Shown here piece by piece: positions 42,361-55,337 of a DNA stretch of 64,000 bases. Source of the stretch: Phaeosaccion multiseriatum. Its lineage: Eukaryota > Protista > Ochrophyta, other classes. Position 1 is the stretch's first letter. Each line of letters opens with the position of its first letter. The stretch covers positions 992,001 to 1,056,000 of the forward strand of contig OZ218952.1 in the NCBI GenBank assembly GCA_965112735.1. The letters run 5' to 3'. The notes below the pieces were generated by a model. That model saw only the letters and a list, made by a program, of their open reading frames with translations, did no database searches and was not told the origin of the DNA. Position numbers and translations under genes: made by a program.

Positions 42361-45300
42361 ATGGGGGCACAGTGGGAGATAGGAGAATGGGACGCCCCAG
42401 CTACGCCTCCCTCTATATACGTGTCTTTTGCTGTCGATGAAAGCACAAGCTGCAACAGCCTGCGCGCCGCCCTCAGCAACAGCGGCAGTACCGGGACCAG
42501 CAACAGTGGGGGGGAGCTTCCCCAGCCCGGCCGCCTGCGTCGTCGAAGTAATGACCAGGGATCGGCAACTATGTGGTTCAGAGACACCATTGAATGGACG
42601 CACGAGGTCAGTAGAGCACGTCATGGCGAGAGAGAGAGAGAGGTGGACAGCAAGACGGGCCTCGCAGGTCGTAACCCTCCTTACCGATTCACCTCCTTTT
42701 CTATGTGCACTGAACAACCCTGCCACACAATCTACTTATTCTGTTCTCTTCATTCGTTCGTTCTATCTGCATGTCTGTCTCCCTCGCCACCAACCAGGTC
42801 ACTCCGGATGCTTTTGCAGAGGCTCTCGCCCGGCAATTCAATTTAGACTTCGACCAAATGGTGGATGTTGCTGCCTCCATCGAAGCCCAGCTGCGAGAGG
42901 TGGAGGACACGGGGTCCCTTGGGGGGGCCGCTGCGGCAGCCGCAGCTGCTGACATGTTGCGGTGGGGCAGGAGTGCTGCGGCAAGGGCAGAGGTAGACAC
43001 AGCGGGGATGGCAGTGGATGGAGGAGGCGCAGGAGGAGGAGGTGGAGGAGGAGCAGAAGCAGGAGATGCTGCTGTGGCTGCGGCTGCTACTACTGCTACC
43101 GCTGCGAGTGTAGGGTCGGGGTCCAATGGGAAGGGAAAGAGCAAGCCGACAGGGGCGGTGGCAGCCGCGGACAGAAAGAGGAGGGAGAGGGTGGGCGGGG
43201 GAGAAACGCTATCCAGCGGCAGCGGTAGCGGTGTGGCGGGGGCGGCAGGTGGGGGGTCCCAAGCTAGCGCTGGTTTGTCTGTGTCCGGTAGTGGGAGAGG
43301 TGTCGGAGTCGGCAAGACGGCCAAGACGGCCAAGAAGACCGTTGTCACGAGGGGGAGGCCGCCAAGCAACAGCAACAGCGGCAGCAGCAGCAGCAGCTGT
43401 GCAGGTGTGGGTGTGGGAAGTGGTAATGGCGGCAAGGGGATGGCGGCGGCGCCTGCTACACAAGGGACAGGGAAGAAGGGAGGGAGGCTGCCGAAGAAGA
43501 AGAAGAAGAAGAAGAAGATGAAGAAGAAGGGCATCACACAGCCTGGGGGAGGGGGAAGACCTCTACTGGGAAGGCCTGCGCCTCTGCTGCTGTATCACCA
43601 ACTGCTACCGCTGCTGCTGCTGCTGCTGCTGTATCTGCTGCCTCTGCTGCTGCTATCTCTGCGGCCTCTGCTGCTGCTGCCGCCGCCGCCGCGGCCGCTG
43701 ACGACGAGCCAGCCTCTGTCGAAGACGGAAACCTCGAGCTGTGCACCAAGTGCTTTAAAGGAGGGGACATGCTTTGCTGCGACTTTTGTCCCAGGGCGTT
43801 CCACTTGCGCTGTTCGGGCTTGAGGACCAAGGTAAGTCAATGAATGGAAGGGGAGGGGAGGGGAGGCGGCATCGAATCAGAAGGGAATCAGGGAATACCT
43901 TCCCACATTCCGTTTCTTTTAAGAGGGGACTTACCCCCTGCTTGTCCTGCTTGTCCTTCCTGCCCCCCCTCCTCCCCATCCTCTTCCCTCCCTCCCTCCC
44001 TCCCTCCCTTCCTTCTTCCTTCCTTCCTCCCCTCCCTCCCTCCCCTCCCTCCCTCCTTCCCTCCCCTCGCTCCCTCCCCTCCTCCCTCCCTCCCTCTCCA
44101 GGACCTGCCTGAGGAAGAGTGGTCGTGTATGAGGTGTGTAGAGGGGTATGACTCAGCCGTGCCCGCAATCAGAGCGGCGGAGGAGGAGGGCATTATCGGC
44201 CAGGTGAGAGTGAGAGAACGAGCTATTTCAGTTTCAGCTTCTGTATGTCGGCCTTGACGTATTTTCGACTATTCACCGCCTCGCTCCACCTACTCCCTTA
44301 CTTACTCACTCACTCACTCACTCCCCCCCCCCCCCCCCCTCCCTCCCTCCCTCCCTCCCATTATCTCCCTCTCCTTTCCCTCCCTCCCTCCCTCCCTCCC
44401 TCCCTCCCTCCCTCCCTCCCTCCCTCCCTCCCTCCCTCCCTCCCTCCCTCCCTCCCTCCCTCCCTCCCTCCCTATCTCCCTACCTCCCTCCCCCCCTCCC
44501 TCTCCTTCCCCTCCCCCCCCCTCCCTCCCCTACCGGACTCGCCCTTCAGTTCCACGGCATCTTGGATTGGCTGCTGTCGCACGAGCTGGCAGACCCCTTC
44601 CTCGTAAGTACGCTGTAGTAGTTAGGAGGACTCTTGCCTGTGAATGACTGTGGTTGGGAAGTCGACTCTGTACTGGAGTGAACCTCCCTCCTCTCCCTCT
44701 CTCCCTCTCTCCCTCCCTCACCTGTCCACCTCGCTCCCCCCCCCCCCCCCCCACTCCTGCTCACGTTGTAACCCCCAATCCTGCTCACCTTGTAAACGCT
44801 TCTCCTTGCGCCCCACAGAAGGAGCTCGACACGACGCTGTTGGAAGACTACGACCAACTCATCCCCCATAAGATGGACCTGGGGCAGATCGAGAGCAAGC
44901 TTGAAGAGGGTTACTACTGCAGCTCGTCCACGATGGAGGATGGGGAAGGGGGAGGGGGAGGAGGGGGGGGAGGAGGAGGAGGAGGGGAAGATGATGTTGA
45001 TGCATTAGTGGAGGAGACTGCCAACAAGCCTCGACTACGGAGCTTTGTCAGCGATGTGCGGCTTGTGTTCAACAACTGCATGACCTACAACAAGGAGGTG
45101 AGTGAGTCAGTGAATGGTGTCAAGTACGAACAGTGAGTCAATCAGTCAGTCAATCAGTCAGTCAGTCAGTCTGTCTGTCTGTCAATCAGTAAAACAGATA
45201 GCCAGTCAGTGAGTAGTCAATCAGTCAGGCTGTCCATCATTCAGTCAATCATTCTGTCAGTCAGTCAGTCTACGCTCAAGTCAAGCATTCAGTCAGTCAA

Positions 45301-46654
45301 GCAGTCAGCCAGTCAGTCAGACATTCACTAGCTAGTCGGTCAGTCAGTCGGTCAGTCACTCAGTCATCAGTCCATCAGTCAGTGGTGAGCACGTAAGTAA
45401 ATTTGTTGTCAAGCACGAGCACAGTCCCAGTCAGAGCAGACAATGGAGAATCTGCTCTGCGATGCTTTGTTTTTAGACAAACTTGGGAGCTCAATCACTC
45501 ACCCACCCACCCACCCACCCATCCCCTCACTCACCCACCCATCCACTCACTCACCGTAATAGGGAACGGCAATCTACAGGGTGGCCGTCATTCTCCTCCA
45601 CTCCTTCAACCTCCTTTACCACGCGAGAATCAAGCCCCTCCTCGCCCCCGGAGAAGCACGTGAGCTTGAGGAAGCGGAGGCCGAGGATAGGAGACGGCGG
45701 CGGGCCACTGTTTCTAAGCTGAACAAGCGAATGGCGGCCCTGAGAAAGCGCAAGGGAGGCTGCAAGGCGCGTGCTGCAGCTCCTGTATCACCAACTGGTG
45801 GTGGTGGAGGTGCAAGTAGCGGCAAGGTGAAGGACGGGGCGGTCTCTGTGCCGAAGCGCAAGCGCGGCAGGCCTCGCAAGGACAGGACGCAGGAGCAGCA
45901 GCAGCAGTTGGTGGTCCAGCAGCCGACAGTATCGAAAAAGAAGAAAGCAGTCCCTACTACAGGTCAACAGCAGCAGCAGCAGCAGCAGGAGGAGGAGGAG
46001 GACCATCAGCCCAAGCGGAGCCGGAGCAGTTGGACGGGAAGCGTCAAGTCAGTCCGGTTAATCGCTAAGGAGCACCCCCCATCGCCACCACCACCACCCT
46101 CTTCCAGCCTTGCCAATCCGAATGATGGAATAGGGAAGAAGCAAGAGAAACGAGCCGACGTGTGTGCCCCAGGTGGGTTGATGAGTGGTCCAAGCCCAAA
46201 GCGAGTGAAGCTCGGCGATGCCCCTATCATTGATGACGATGACGAGGGGGAGGCGGAGGGGGAGGACGGGGAGGGGGGTTTTGGGTATGGGACGGATGAA
46301 GTCATTATTGAGACCACTAAGGGGTCACAGCAGCGGCCGGAGGAGTTCGCGTACCTGGGGGACGCAGAGGGGAGGGAGGAAGAAGATATGGAGGAGGATG
46401 AGGAGGAGGGGGGGGAGAAGGAGCAGGAGGAGGAGGACGACGAGGAGGAGGAGGACGAGCAGGAGGAGGAGGACGAGGAGGAGGAGGAGGAGGAGGAGGA
46501 GGAGGAGGAGGAGGAGGAAGAGCAGGAGGAGGAGGAGGAGGAGGAGGAGGGGGAGGAGGAGGAGGACGAGGAGGAGGAGGAAGAGGAGCGTCCACCGGCA
46601 GCAGCAGCCCTCCTCCTCCCCCTCCGTCGCCCTTGCTTTGGTGATGGTTGGTGA
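42361..46654 (+). pseudogene. SNF5-like/PHD/bromodomain/AT-hook gene copy 1; C-terminally truncated and chimeric at the duplication junction; frameshift in the G-run near 43550
   Basis: Same exons as copy 2, but the last exon runs at 46604 into antisense WD40 sequence (..[22 protein letters not shown]). Confidence 0.65.
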
Positions 46655-46809
46655 GGTGGGACAGATGACTGAGGTCGAAAAGATGAATGAGGCCGTCAGC
46701 ACTCCCGGTGGCCACACAAAGCGAGTGCGACCAGTCCATGCCCGCCGACCCTTCGTGCCTGCCGTTTCGCATGGGTAAGTGCATCATGCCGTTTCGGTCC
46801 ACCCGACCG

Positions 46810-46843
<34 letters not shown>

Positions 46844-47735
46844 CGACACGATCTGATCTTCTATGCCCTCCAAGTCCGAGTAGTGAGCTCGACCCCATCC
46901 CTCTCATCCCTCCTGCCTCTCCTCGCTCGCCTGTGTGGTGGTGATCTCCTCCATTTGCGCCGAGCAGCACTCGTGGTGGCCGGTAATTGGGGCCACGGAA
47001 GAAACAGCTCCGAATAGGCTGTTTTGGTTTCGCAGGTGGGTGCCGTTCGCAATGTGGGTGCACATACGAGGGGAAGGATGGCGGACAAGCAAAGCAGTAC
47101 AAGAAGAGAAGCATACGCAGGCACGTACGAAAGTGGATTGGATTGGGAGGAGAGAGGGGTTAGGGGGGGGGTCAATTTATATATATATATCGTGTATACA
47201 TATCATATACATCGCATATACATTGTATATATGATACATATATACAATATATATATATGCGATGTGTATACACTTGATGAGGGATCGTGAACGGCGTGCA
47301 CAAGTCTCTGTGGAGAAGGGTGCTCCTTGGAGCAGGCACAGAAGAAGCTTCACCCAGGTGGGGTACAAGGACAAGAAAGGCTAGAGTAGAACAGAGAGTA
47401 GAGCAGCGAGTATGATATGTGGATGTATTGGGGGTAGAGAGAGAGACAAGAGAGAGAGAGAGAGAAAGAGAGACAGACAGAGAGAGACAGAGAGACAGAA
47501 AGAGAGAGAGACAGAGAAGAGAAGGAGAGAGAGACAGAGACTTGCAGAGAGAGGCAGATACAGACATGACTCACTCACCCACTCACGCACTCACTCACTC
47601 ACGCACTCACCCAGTTCTTGGTTTGGTGTCCTCGAAGAGCGCACATCAAGCTCAGAGAGGGGGACGGGGTCCCGCTCTCTTTCCGCCCCCACCCCACCCC
47701 TCCTCCTCCTCTTGCTCCTCCTCCTCCTCCTCCTC

Positions 47736-47776
<41 letters not shown>

Positions 47777-50306
47777 CCACCAATGGCTGCCACCCTTCCT
47801 CCCTCTGCAGCTGCGAGCCCCCCTGCTACCCCTAAAAGCCCATTGGCATATTCTCCCCCCGTTACGCCGGACCCCACATCCGCGCCGGCGCCCGCACCAC
47901 GGCCGAGGCCAGGCTGGCTACCCCCCCTGTCCTCCCACTCTCTGCGTTGAAAGATTCGCAGCGTGTTATCGAAGCAATTTGCGGCGACAAATGGGCCGGA
48001 CTCGTCTCTCTGCCCCGCCGCAGAGGGGCAGCCCGTGAGGTAGCTGTCGCATGCGGCCAGCACGAGGAGGAAGGGAGGGGGGCGGAGGGGAGGGGAGGGG
48101 AGGGAAGAGTTCAAAGAGGGAGGGCACACACACACACACACACACATACACACATACACACACACGCACACACACACACTCACACACGCACACATACACA
48201 CACACACACACAGACAGGCACACACACACGCACACACACACTCACACATACACACACACATGCACACACACACACACACGGCTCTCCTCTCTCGTCTTAC
48301 CCACCCACCCCTCTCCTCTCCACCCACCCACACACCCCTTTCCCCTTTGGTCTCACCTAATGTAGATGGGCTCTTCAAGCTGAAACACGTCCAAGACCCC
48401 CCCTGTTCGAGCGTCCCACGTGACGATTTGGCCGCTGGAGTCAGAAGAAATCACCCTGAACGCAGCAAGTCAGGGAGGAGGAGAGGGAGGGAGGGAGGGA
48501 GGAAGCGCGGAGAGAGGGAAGGAGGAAGGATGGAGCGAGGACGGAGGGATGGAGCGAGGAGGGAGGGAGGGAGGGAGGAGGGGAGGGTGGGAGGAAGCGA
48601 GGAGGGAGGGAAGGAAGGAGGGATGGAGCGAGGAGGGAGAGATGGAGGGAGGGAGGGAGGGAGGGAGGGAGGAGGGGAGGGAGGAAGCGAGGCGGGAGGG
48701 AAGGAAGGAGGGATGAAGCGAGGAGGGAGAGATGGGGGGAGGGAGCGAGGGAAGGACGGAGGGATGGAGCGAGGAGGGAGGGAGGGAGGGAGGGAGGGAG
48801 GGAGGGAGGGGACGAGGAAGGAGGGAGGGAGGGAGTGAAGGAGGGAGGGAGGGAAGGAGGGAAGGAGGGAGCGAGGAGGGAGCGAGGAACGGAGGGAGGA
48901 ACGGAGGGAGGAACGGAGGGAGGGAGGGATGGAGAGATAAGAGCCCTTGTCTTTGGCCTTTCTAACAGGCATGCTCTGCCTTTGGGACAAAACACGAAAC
49001 GTTTGTACGTGAGGGGACAGAGCAGAAAGAGCTGCTGCGAAGTGCAACAACGACAAGAGAAAGTCGTGCCTCACACGACACTTAACCGAAGAACCTCCTC
49101 CTCCTGCTCCTCCTCCTCCTCCTCCTCCTCCTCCTCCTCCTCCTCCTCCTCCTCCTCCTCCTTCTCCTCCTCCTCCTCCTCCTCCTCGCTCCCGCTTCCC
49201 CCTCCTCCTTCCTTCGCTGTGCTTACCGTCTTCCTTCGGCAAACACACTCAAAGAGCTGACCGCTGCGCCACTTTGCCACGCCGCCACTCGCCCCAGCGG
49301 ACAGCGAACGTCGAGAGTGTATATGCTCTTACTCGTGGACCCCGCATAGGCCACAAGCGGTGCCACTTCGCCCCCCCCGCCCGCATCCCAACCTCCTCCT
49401 CCTCCTCCTCCTCCTCCTCCTCCTCCTCCTCCTCCTCCTCCTCCCTCCTCCCACTGTAGCGGCGAGGAGCAGCAGCGCACACACTGAATCAGCCCGTCGA
49501 GTCGGAGCAAGCTCGTCTTGAGCTGCACCGTCTCCACATCCCAGAGCCCCACGCTCTGATCAAATGACGCGGTCAGGAAGCTACGCCCCCCGGGGACCCA
49601 GGTGACGTCACTGACGAGCTGATGATGCTCTACCAGACAGGCCTCCTGACTGTACGGGTACTTGGCCTGCCACAGTCGGACGGACTTGTCAAAGCCGGCA
49701 CTGGCCACGAGGCTTCCCCCCGGGGAGTAGCACGCGGCGTATACTGCACCGGTGTGCCCTACGAGCTTGGCTTCGGCGACGAGAGTGCGGCTACTTCCTG
49801 AGCCTCTACCACCCGAGGACTCTCTCCCAGCGTTGGCGCGACCGGAGGTCATCGAGCCTAGGTCTGCCAAGTCGTCGAGCGTTGAGCCTGTGAGGGCGGG
49901 GCAGGGGCGCGGGGGGGAGAGAGAGGAGACGGGGAAGGGTCATGTTTCCTCCATGTTAAAAGAGTACACTGCGGGGTGTTGGGATAACTACACGCCATGC
50001 CATGCCCCCAACTCTTTTCAGTCTCCTCTCCCCCCTAAGGCCCTTTCTTTGTTATCACACTGTACCTGCAGTAAACACGTCGCCTCCTGTGCCTTCTGCA
50101 CCCAGCGGCGGTATCTGCCCGCCATCCAGGCTGAAGATGCCCCCGCTGTTCGCCGACGCACTGCCGAGCATGTAGGACAGCTCATACACGCTCTTCTTGA
50201 GGGCCTCATTGTCCTTGCGCACCGCTTCTAGTGCCGTTTTCAGAGAGTTTCGCTCCGCACACACCGCCTCGTACTGGCTGGAGAGCTGGCCGGTGATCTT
50301 GGCCAT
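46317..50306 (-). pseudogene. WD40 gene copy 2; lacks the last WD repeat (truncated at the junction, replaced by an antisense poly-Pro tail)
   Basis: Matches copy 1 from the ATG at 50306 down to 46608, then reads into the antisense of the poly-Glu exon and stops at 46317. Confidence 0.65.
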
Positions 50307-50404
50307 GTTCCTCCCGCCTTGCTTGCTCCCTCCCTCCCACACCCCGCCCGCTTCGTTCTATACTCTCGGGTAGGCTGCTAGTACGTGCCCCCCCCCCCAC
50401 TCTC

Positions 50405-50461
<57 letters not shown>

Positions 50462-50888
50462 TTTCTCTCCCTTTCTGGTCTCTCTTGTCTCCTCTTCTTT
50501 TTGATTATCTCTCTGTCTATTTCTCTCTTGATGCCATCGCGTGAACCTTCAATGGGGAGAGGGGGGCGTAGGAAAGCCCCCCTTTACACTTTTATCCTGT
50601 TTTTTTGGGTTTGATCACCCCATCATCGATCATCTTTCCACGAGCGTATCACCAACACACCATCTTCAACAGGTTGGCACATGATGGCCCGAGGGACCGT
50701 GAAGCTCAATTAGCAATTAGAGCGCCCAGGGAACCAGACAAGCATAGGCGGGGATGAGGAGTCGGTGTTGATGTCCTCGACATCTCCTGTAGAACTATTT
50801 TCTCCTGGATTGTGCCTCAAACGAATCCGCTCTCCCGCCATCAGCAGTAAGACAGCCTTAGGTTAAAGGGGGGGGAAGGAGTTTCGCA

Positions 50889-53800
50889 ATGGGGGCACAG
50901 TGGGAGATAGGAGAATGGGACGCCCCAGCTACGCCTCCCTCTATATACGTGTCTTTTGCTGTCGATGAAAGCACAAGCTGCAACAGCCTGCGCGCCGCCC
51001 TCAGCAACAGCGGCAGTACCGGGACCAGCAACAGTGGGGGAGCTTCCCCAGCCCGGCCGCCTGCGTCGTCGAAGTAATGACCAGGGATCGGCAACTATGT
51101 GGTTCAGAGACACCATTGAATGGACGCACGAGGTCAGTAGAGCACGTCATGGCGAGAGAGAGAGAGAGGTGGACAGCAAGACGGGCCTCGCAGGTCGTAA
51201 CCCTCCTTACCGATTCACCTCCTTTTCTATGTGCACTGAACAACCCTGCCACACAATCTACTTATTCTGTTCTCTTCATTCGTTCGTTCTATCTGCATGT
51301 CTGTCTCCCTCGCCACCAACCAGGTCACTCCGGATGCTTTTGCAGAGGCTCTCGCCCGGCAATTCAATTTAGACTTCGACCAAATGGTGGATGTTGCTGC
51401 CTCCATCGAAGCCCAGCTGCGAGAGGTGGAGGACACGGGGTCCCTTGGGGGGGCCGCTGCGGCAGCCGCAGCTGCTGACATGTTGCGGTGGGGCAGGAGT
51501 GCTGCGGCAAGGGCAGAGGTAGACACAGCGGGGATGGCAGTGGATGGAGGAGGCGCAGGAGGAGGAGGTGGAGGAGGAGCAGAAGCAGGAGATGCTGCTG
51601 TGGCTGCGGCTGCTACTACTGCTACCGCTGCGAGTGTAGGGTCGGGGTCCAATGGGAAGGGAAAGAGCAAGCCGACAGGGGCGGTGGCAGCCGCGGACAG
51701 AAAGAGGAGGGAGAGGGTGGGCGGGGGAGAAACGCTATCCAGCGGCAGCGGTAGCGGTGTGGCGGGGGCGGCAGGTGGGGGGTCCCAAGCTAGCGCTGGT
51801 TTGTCTGTGTCCGGTAGTGGGAGAGGTGTCGGAGTCGGCAAGACGGCCAAGACGGCCAAGAAGACCGTTGTCACGAGGGGGAGGCCGCCAAGCAACAGCA
51901 ACAGCGGCAGCAGCAGCAGCAGCTGTGCAGGTGTGGGTGTGGGAAGTGGTAATGGCGGCAAGGGGATGGCGGCGGCGCCTGCTACACAAGGGACAGGGAA
52001 GAAGGGAGGGAGGCTGCCGAAGAAGAAGAAGAAGAAGAAGAAGATGAAGAAGAAGGGCATCACACAGCCTGGGGGAGGGGGGAAGACCTCTACTGGGAAG
52101 GCCTGCGCCTCTGCTGCTGTATCACCAACTGCTACCGCTGCTGCTGCTGCTGCTGCTGTATCTGCTGCCTCTGCTGCTGCTATCTCTGCGGCCTCTGCTG
52201 CTGCTGCCGCCGCCGCCGCGGCCGCTGACGACGAGCCAGCCTCTGTCGAAGACGGAAACCTCGAGCTGTGCACCAAGTGCTTTAAAGGAGGGGACATGCT
52301 TTGCTGCGACTTTTGTCCCAGGGCGTTCCACTTGCGCTGTTCGGGCTTGAGGACCAAGGTAAGTCAATGAATGGAAGGGGAGGGGAGGGGAGGCGGCATC
52401 GAATCAGAAGGGAATCAGGGAATACCTTCCCACATTCCGTTTCTTTTAAGAGGGGACTTACCCCCTGCTTGTCCTGCTTGTCCTTCCTGCCCCCCCTCCT
52501 CCCCATCCTCTTCCCTCCCTCCCTCCCTCCCTCCCTTCCTTCTTCCTTCCTTCCTCCCCTCCCTCCCTCCCCTCCCTCCCTCCTTCCCTCCCCTCGCTCC
52601 CTCCCCTCCTCCCTCCCTCCCTCTCCAGGACCTGCCTGAGGAAGAGTGGTCGTGTATGAGGTGTGTAGAGGGGTATGACTCAGCCGTGCCCGCAATCAGA
52701 GCGGCGGAGGAGGAGGGCATTATCGGCCAGGTGAGAGTGAGAGAACGAGCTATTTCAGTTTCAGCTTCTGTATGTCGGCCTTGACGTATTTTCGACTATT
52801 CACCGCCTCGCTCCACCTACTCCCTTACTTACTCACTCACTCACTCACTCCCACCCCCCCCCCCCCCTCCCTCCCTCCCTCCCTCCCATTATCTCCCTCT
52901 CCTTTCCCTCCCTCCCTCCCTCCCTCCCTCCCTCCCTCCCTCCCTCCCTCCCTCCCTCCCTCCCTCCCTCCCTCCCTCCCTCCCTCCCTCCCTCCCTCCC
53001 TCCCTATCTCCCTACCTCCCTCCCCCCCTCCCTCTCCTTCCCCTCCCCCCTCCCTCCCCTACCGGACTCGCCCTTCAGTTCCACGGCATCTTGGATTGGC
53101 TGCTGTCGCACGAGCTGGCAGACCCCTTCCTCGTAAGTACGCTGTAGTAGTTAGGAGGACTCTTGCCTGTGAATGACTGTGGTTGGGAAGTCGACTCTGT
53201 ACTGGAGTGAACCTCCCTCCTCTCCCTCTCTCCCTCTCTCCCTCCCTCACCTGTCCACCTCGCTCCCCCCCCCCCCCCCACTCCTGCTCACGTTGTAACC
53301 CCCAATCCTGCTCACCTTGTAAACGCTTCTCCTTGCGCCCCACAGAAGGAGCTCGACACGACGCTGTTGGAAGACTACGACCAACTCATCCCCCATAAGA
53401 TGGACCTGGGGCAGATCGAGAGCAAGCTTGAAGAGGGTTACTACTGCAGCTCGTCCACGATGGAGGATGGGGAAGGGGGAGGGGGAGGAGGGGGGGGAGG
53501 AGGAGGAGGGGAAGATGATGTTGATGCATTAGTGGAGGAGACTGCCAACAAGCCTCGACTACGGAGCTTTGTCAGCGATGTGCGGCTTGTGTTCAACAAC
53601 TGCATGACCTACAACAAGGAGGTGAGTGAGTCAGTGAATGGTGTCAAGTACGAACAGTGAGTCAATCAGTCAGTCAATCAGTCAGTCAGTCAGTCTGTCT
53701 GTCTGTCAATCAGTAAAACAGATAGCCAGTCAGTGAGTAGTCAATCAGTCAGGCTGTCCATCATTCAGTCAATCATTCTGTCAGTCAGTCAGTCTACGCT

Positions 53801-55337
53801 CAAGTCAAGCATTCAGTCAGTCAAGCAGTCAGCCAGTCAGTCAGACATTCACTAGCTAGTCGGTCAGTCAGTCGGTCAGTCACTCAGTCATCAGTCCATC
53901 AGTCAGTGGTGAGCACGTAAGTAAATTTGTTGTCAAGCACGAGCACAGTCCCAGTCAGAGCAGACAATGGAGAATCTGCTCTGCGATGCTTTGTTTTTAG
54001 ACAAACTTGGGAGCTCAATCACTCACCCACCCACCCACCCACCCATCCCCTCACTCACCCACCCATCCACTCACTCACCGTAATAGGGAACGGCAATCTA
54101 CAGGGTGGCCGTCATTCTCCTCCACTCCTTCAACCTCCTTTACCACGCGAGAATCAAGCCCCTCCTCGCCCCCGGAGAAGCACGTGAGCTTGAGGAAGCG
54201 GAGGCCGAGGATAGGAGACGGCGGCGGGCCACTGTTTCTAAGCTGAACAAGCGAATGGCGGCCCTGAGAAAGCGCAAGGGAGGCTGCAAGGCGCGTGCTG
54301 CAGCTCCTGTATCACCAACTGGTGGTGGTGGAGGTGCAAGTAGCGGCAAGGTGAAGGACGGGGCGGTCTCTGTGCCGAAGCGCAAGCGCGGCAGGCCTCG
54401 CAAGGACAGGACGCAGGAGCAGCAGCAGCAGTTGGTGGTCCAGCAGCCGACAGTATCGAAAAAGAAGAAAGCAGTCCCTACTACAGGTCAACAGCAGCAG
54501 CAGCAGCAGCAGGAGGAGGAGGAGGACCATCAGCCCAAGCGGAGCCGGAGCAGTTGGACGGGAAGCGTCAAGTCAGTCCGGTTAATCGCTAAGGAGCACC
54601 CCCCATCGCCACCACCACCACCCTCTTCCAGCCTTGCCAATCCGAATGATGGAATAGGGAAGAAGCAAGAGAAACGAGCCGACGTGTGTGCCCCAGGTGG
54701 GTTGATGAGTGGTCCAAGCCCAAAGCGAGTGAAGCTCGGCGATGCCCCTATCATTGATGACGATGACGAGGGGGAGGCGGAGGGGGAGGACGGGGAGGGG
54801 GGTTTTGGGTATGGGACGGATGAAGTCATTATTGAGACCACTAAGGGGTCACAGCAGCGGCCGGAGGAGTTCGCGTACCTGGGGGACGCAGAGGGGAGGG
54901 AGGAAGAAGATATGGAGGAGGATGAGGAGGAGGGGGGGGAGAAGGAGCAGGAGGAGGAGGACGACGACGAGGAGGAGGACGAGCAGGAGGAGGAGGACGA
55001 GGAGGAGGAGGAGGAGGAGGAGGAGGAGGAGGAGGAGGAGGAAGAGCAGGAGGAGGAGGAGGAGGAGGAGGAGGGGGAGGAGGAGGAGGACGAGGAGGAG
55101 GAGGAAGAGGAGCGTCCACCGGCAGCAGAAGAAGGAAAGAGGAGTACAGGTACTGCCAGTAGTTCCACTCGCTGTGAGCTACTGGGAACCGAATGGGACC
55201 CATGTGCTGACGATGACGACTTCGAGGATGAGGAGGCGGAAACCATGGGGCAGATGCGCAGGAGGCTGCAGGCCGGCAAGCAGGAGAAGGACAGGCTGCT
55301 CCTCCTCCAGAGGGGGGGAGGCGGAGGAGGGGCGTGA
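50889..55337 (+). CDS. Chromatin reader: SNF5-repeat-like domain + PHD finger + bromodomain + AT-hook + acidic tail (copy 2; 3' end intact; 2-nt shorter G-run near 51036)
   Basis: Exons 50889-51132, 51324-52358, 52629-52730, 53079-53132, 53346-53621, 54087-55337. SNF5-like: WFRDTIEW..VTPDAFAEALARQFNL..VAASIEAQLRE. PHD: CTKCFKGGDMLCCDFCPRAFHLRC..LPEEEWSCMRC. Bromodomain: LLSHELADPFL..DYDQLIPHKMDLGQIESKL..FVSDVRLVFNNCMTYN. AT-hook: KRKRGRPRK. Confidence 0.87.

Larger units (their letters stand above)
38054..55128. repeat. Tandem segmental duplication, ~8.5 kb x2 (38054-46604 and 46608-55128)
   Basis: The copies are near-identical, including introns. The junction ...TCCACCGGCAGCAG-cag-CCCTCCTCCTCCCCCTCCGTCG at ~46591-46630 joins the 55128-equivalent position to the 38054-equivalent position. 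Differences are mostly homopolymer or microsatellite lengths. Confidence 0.97.
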
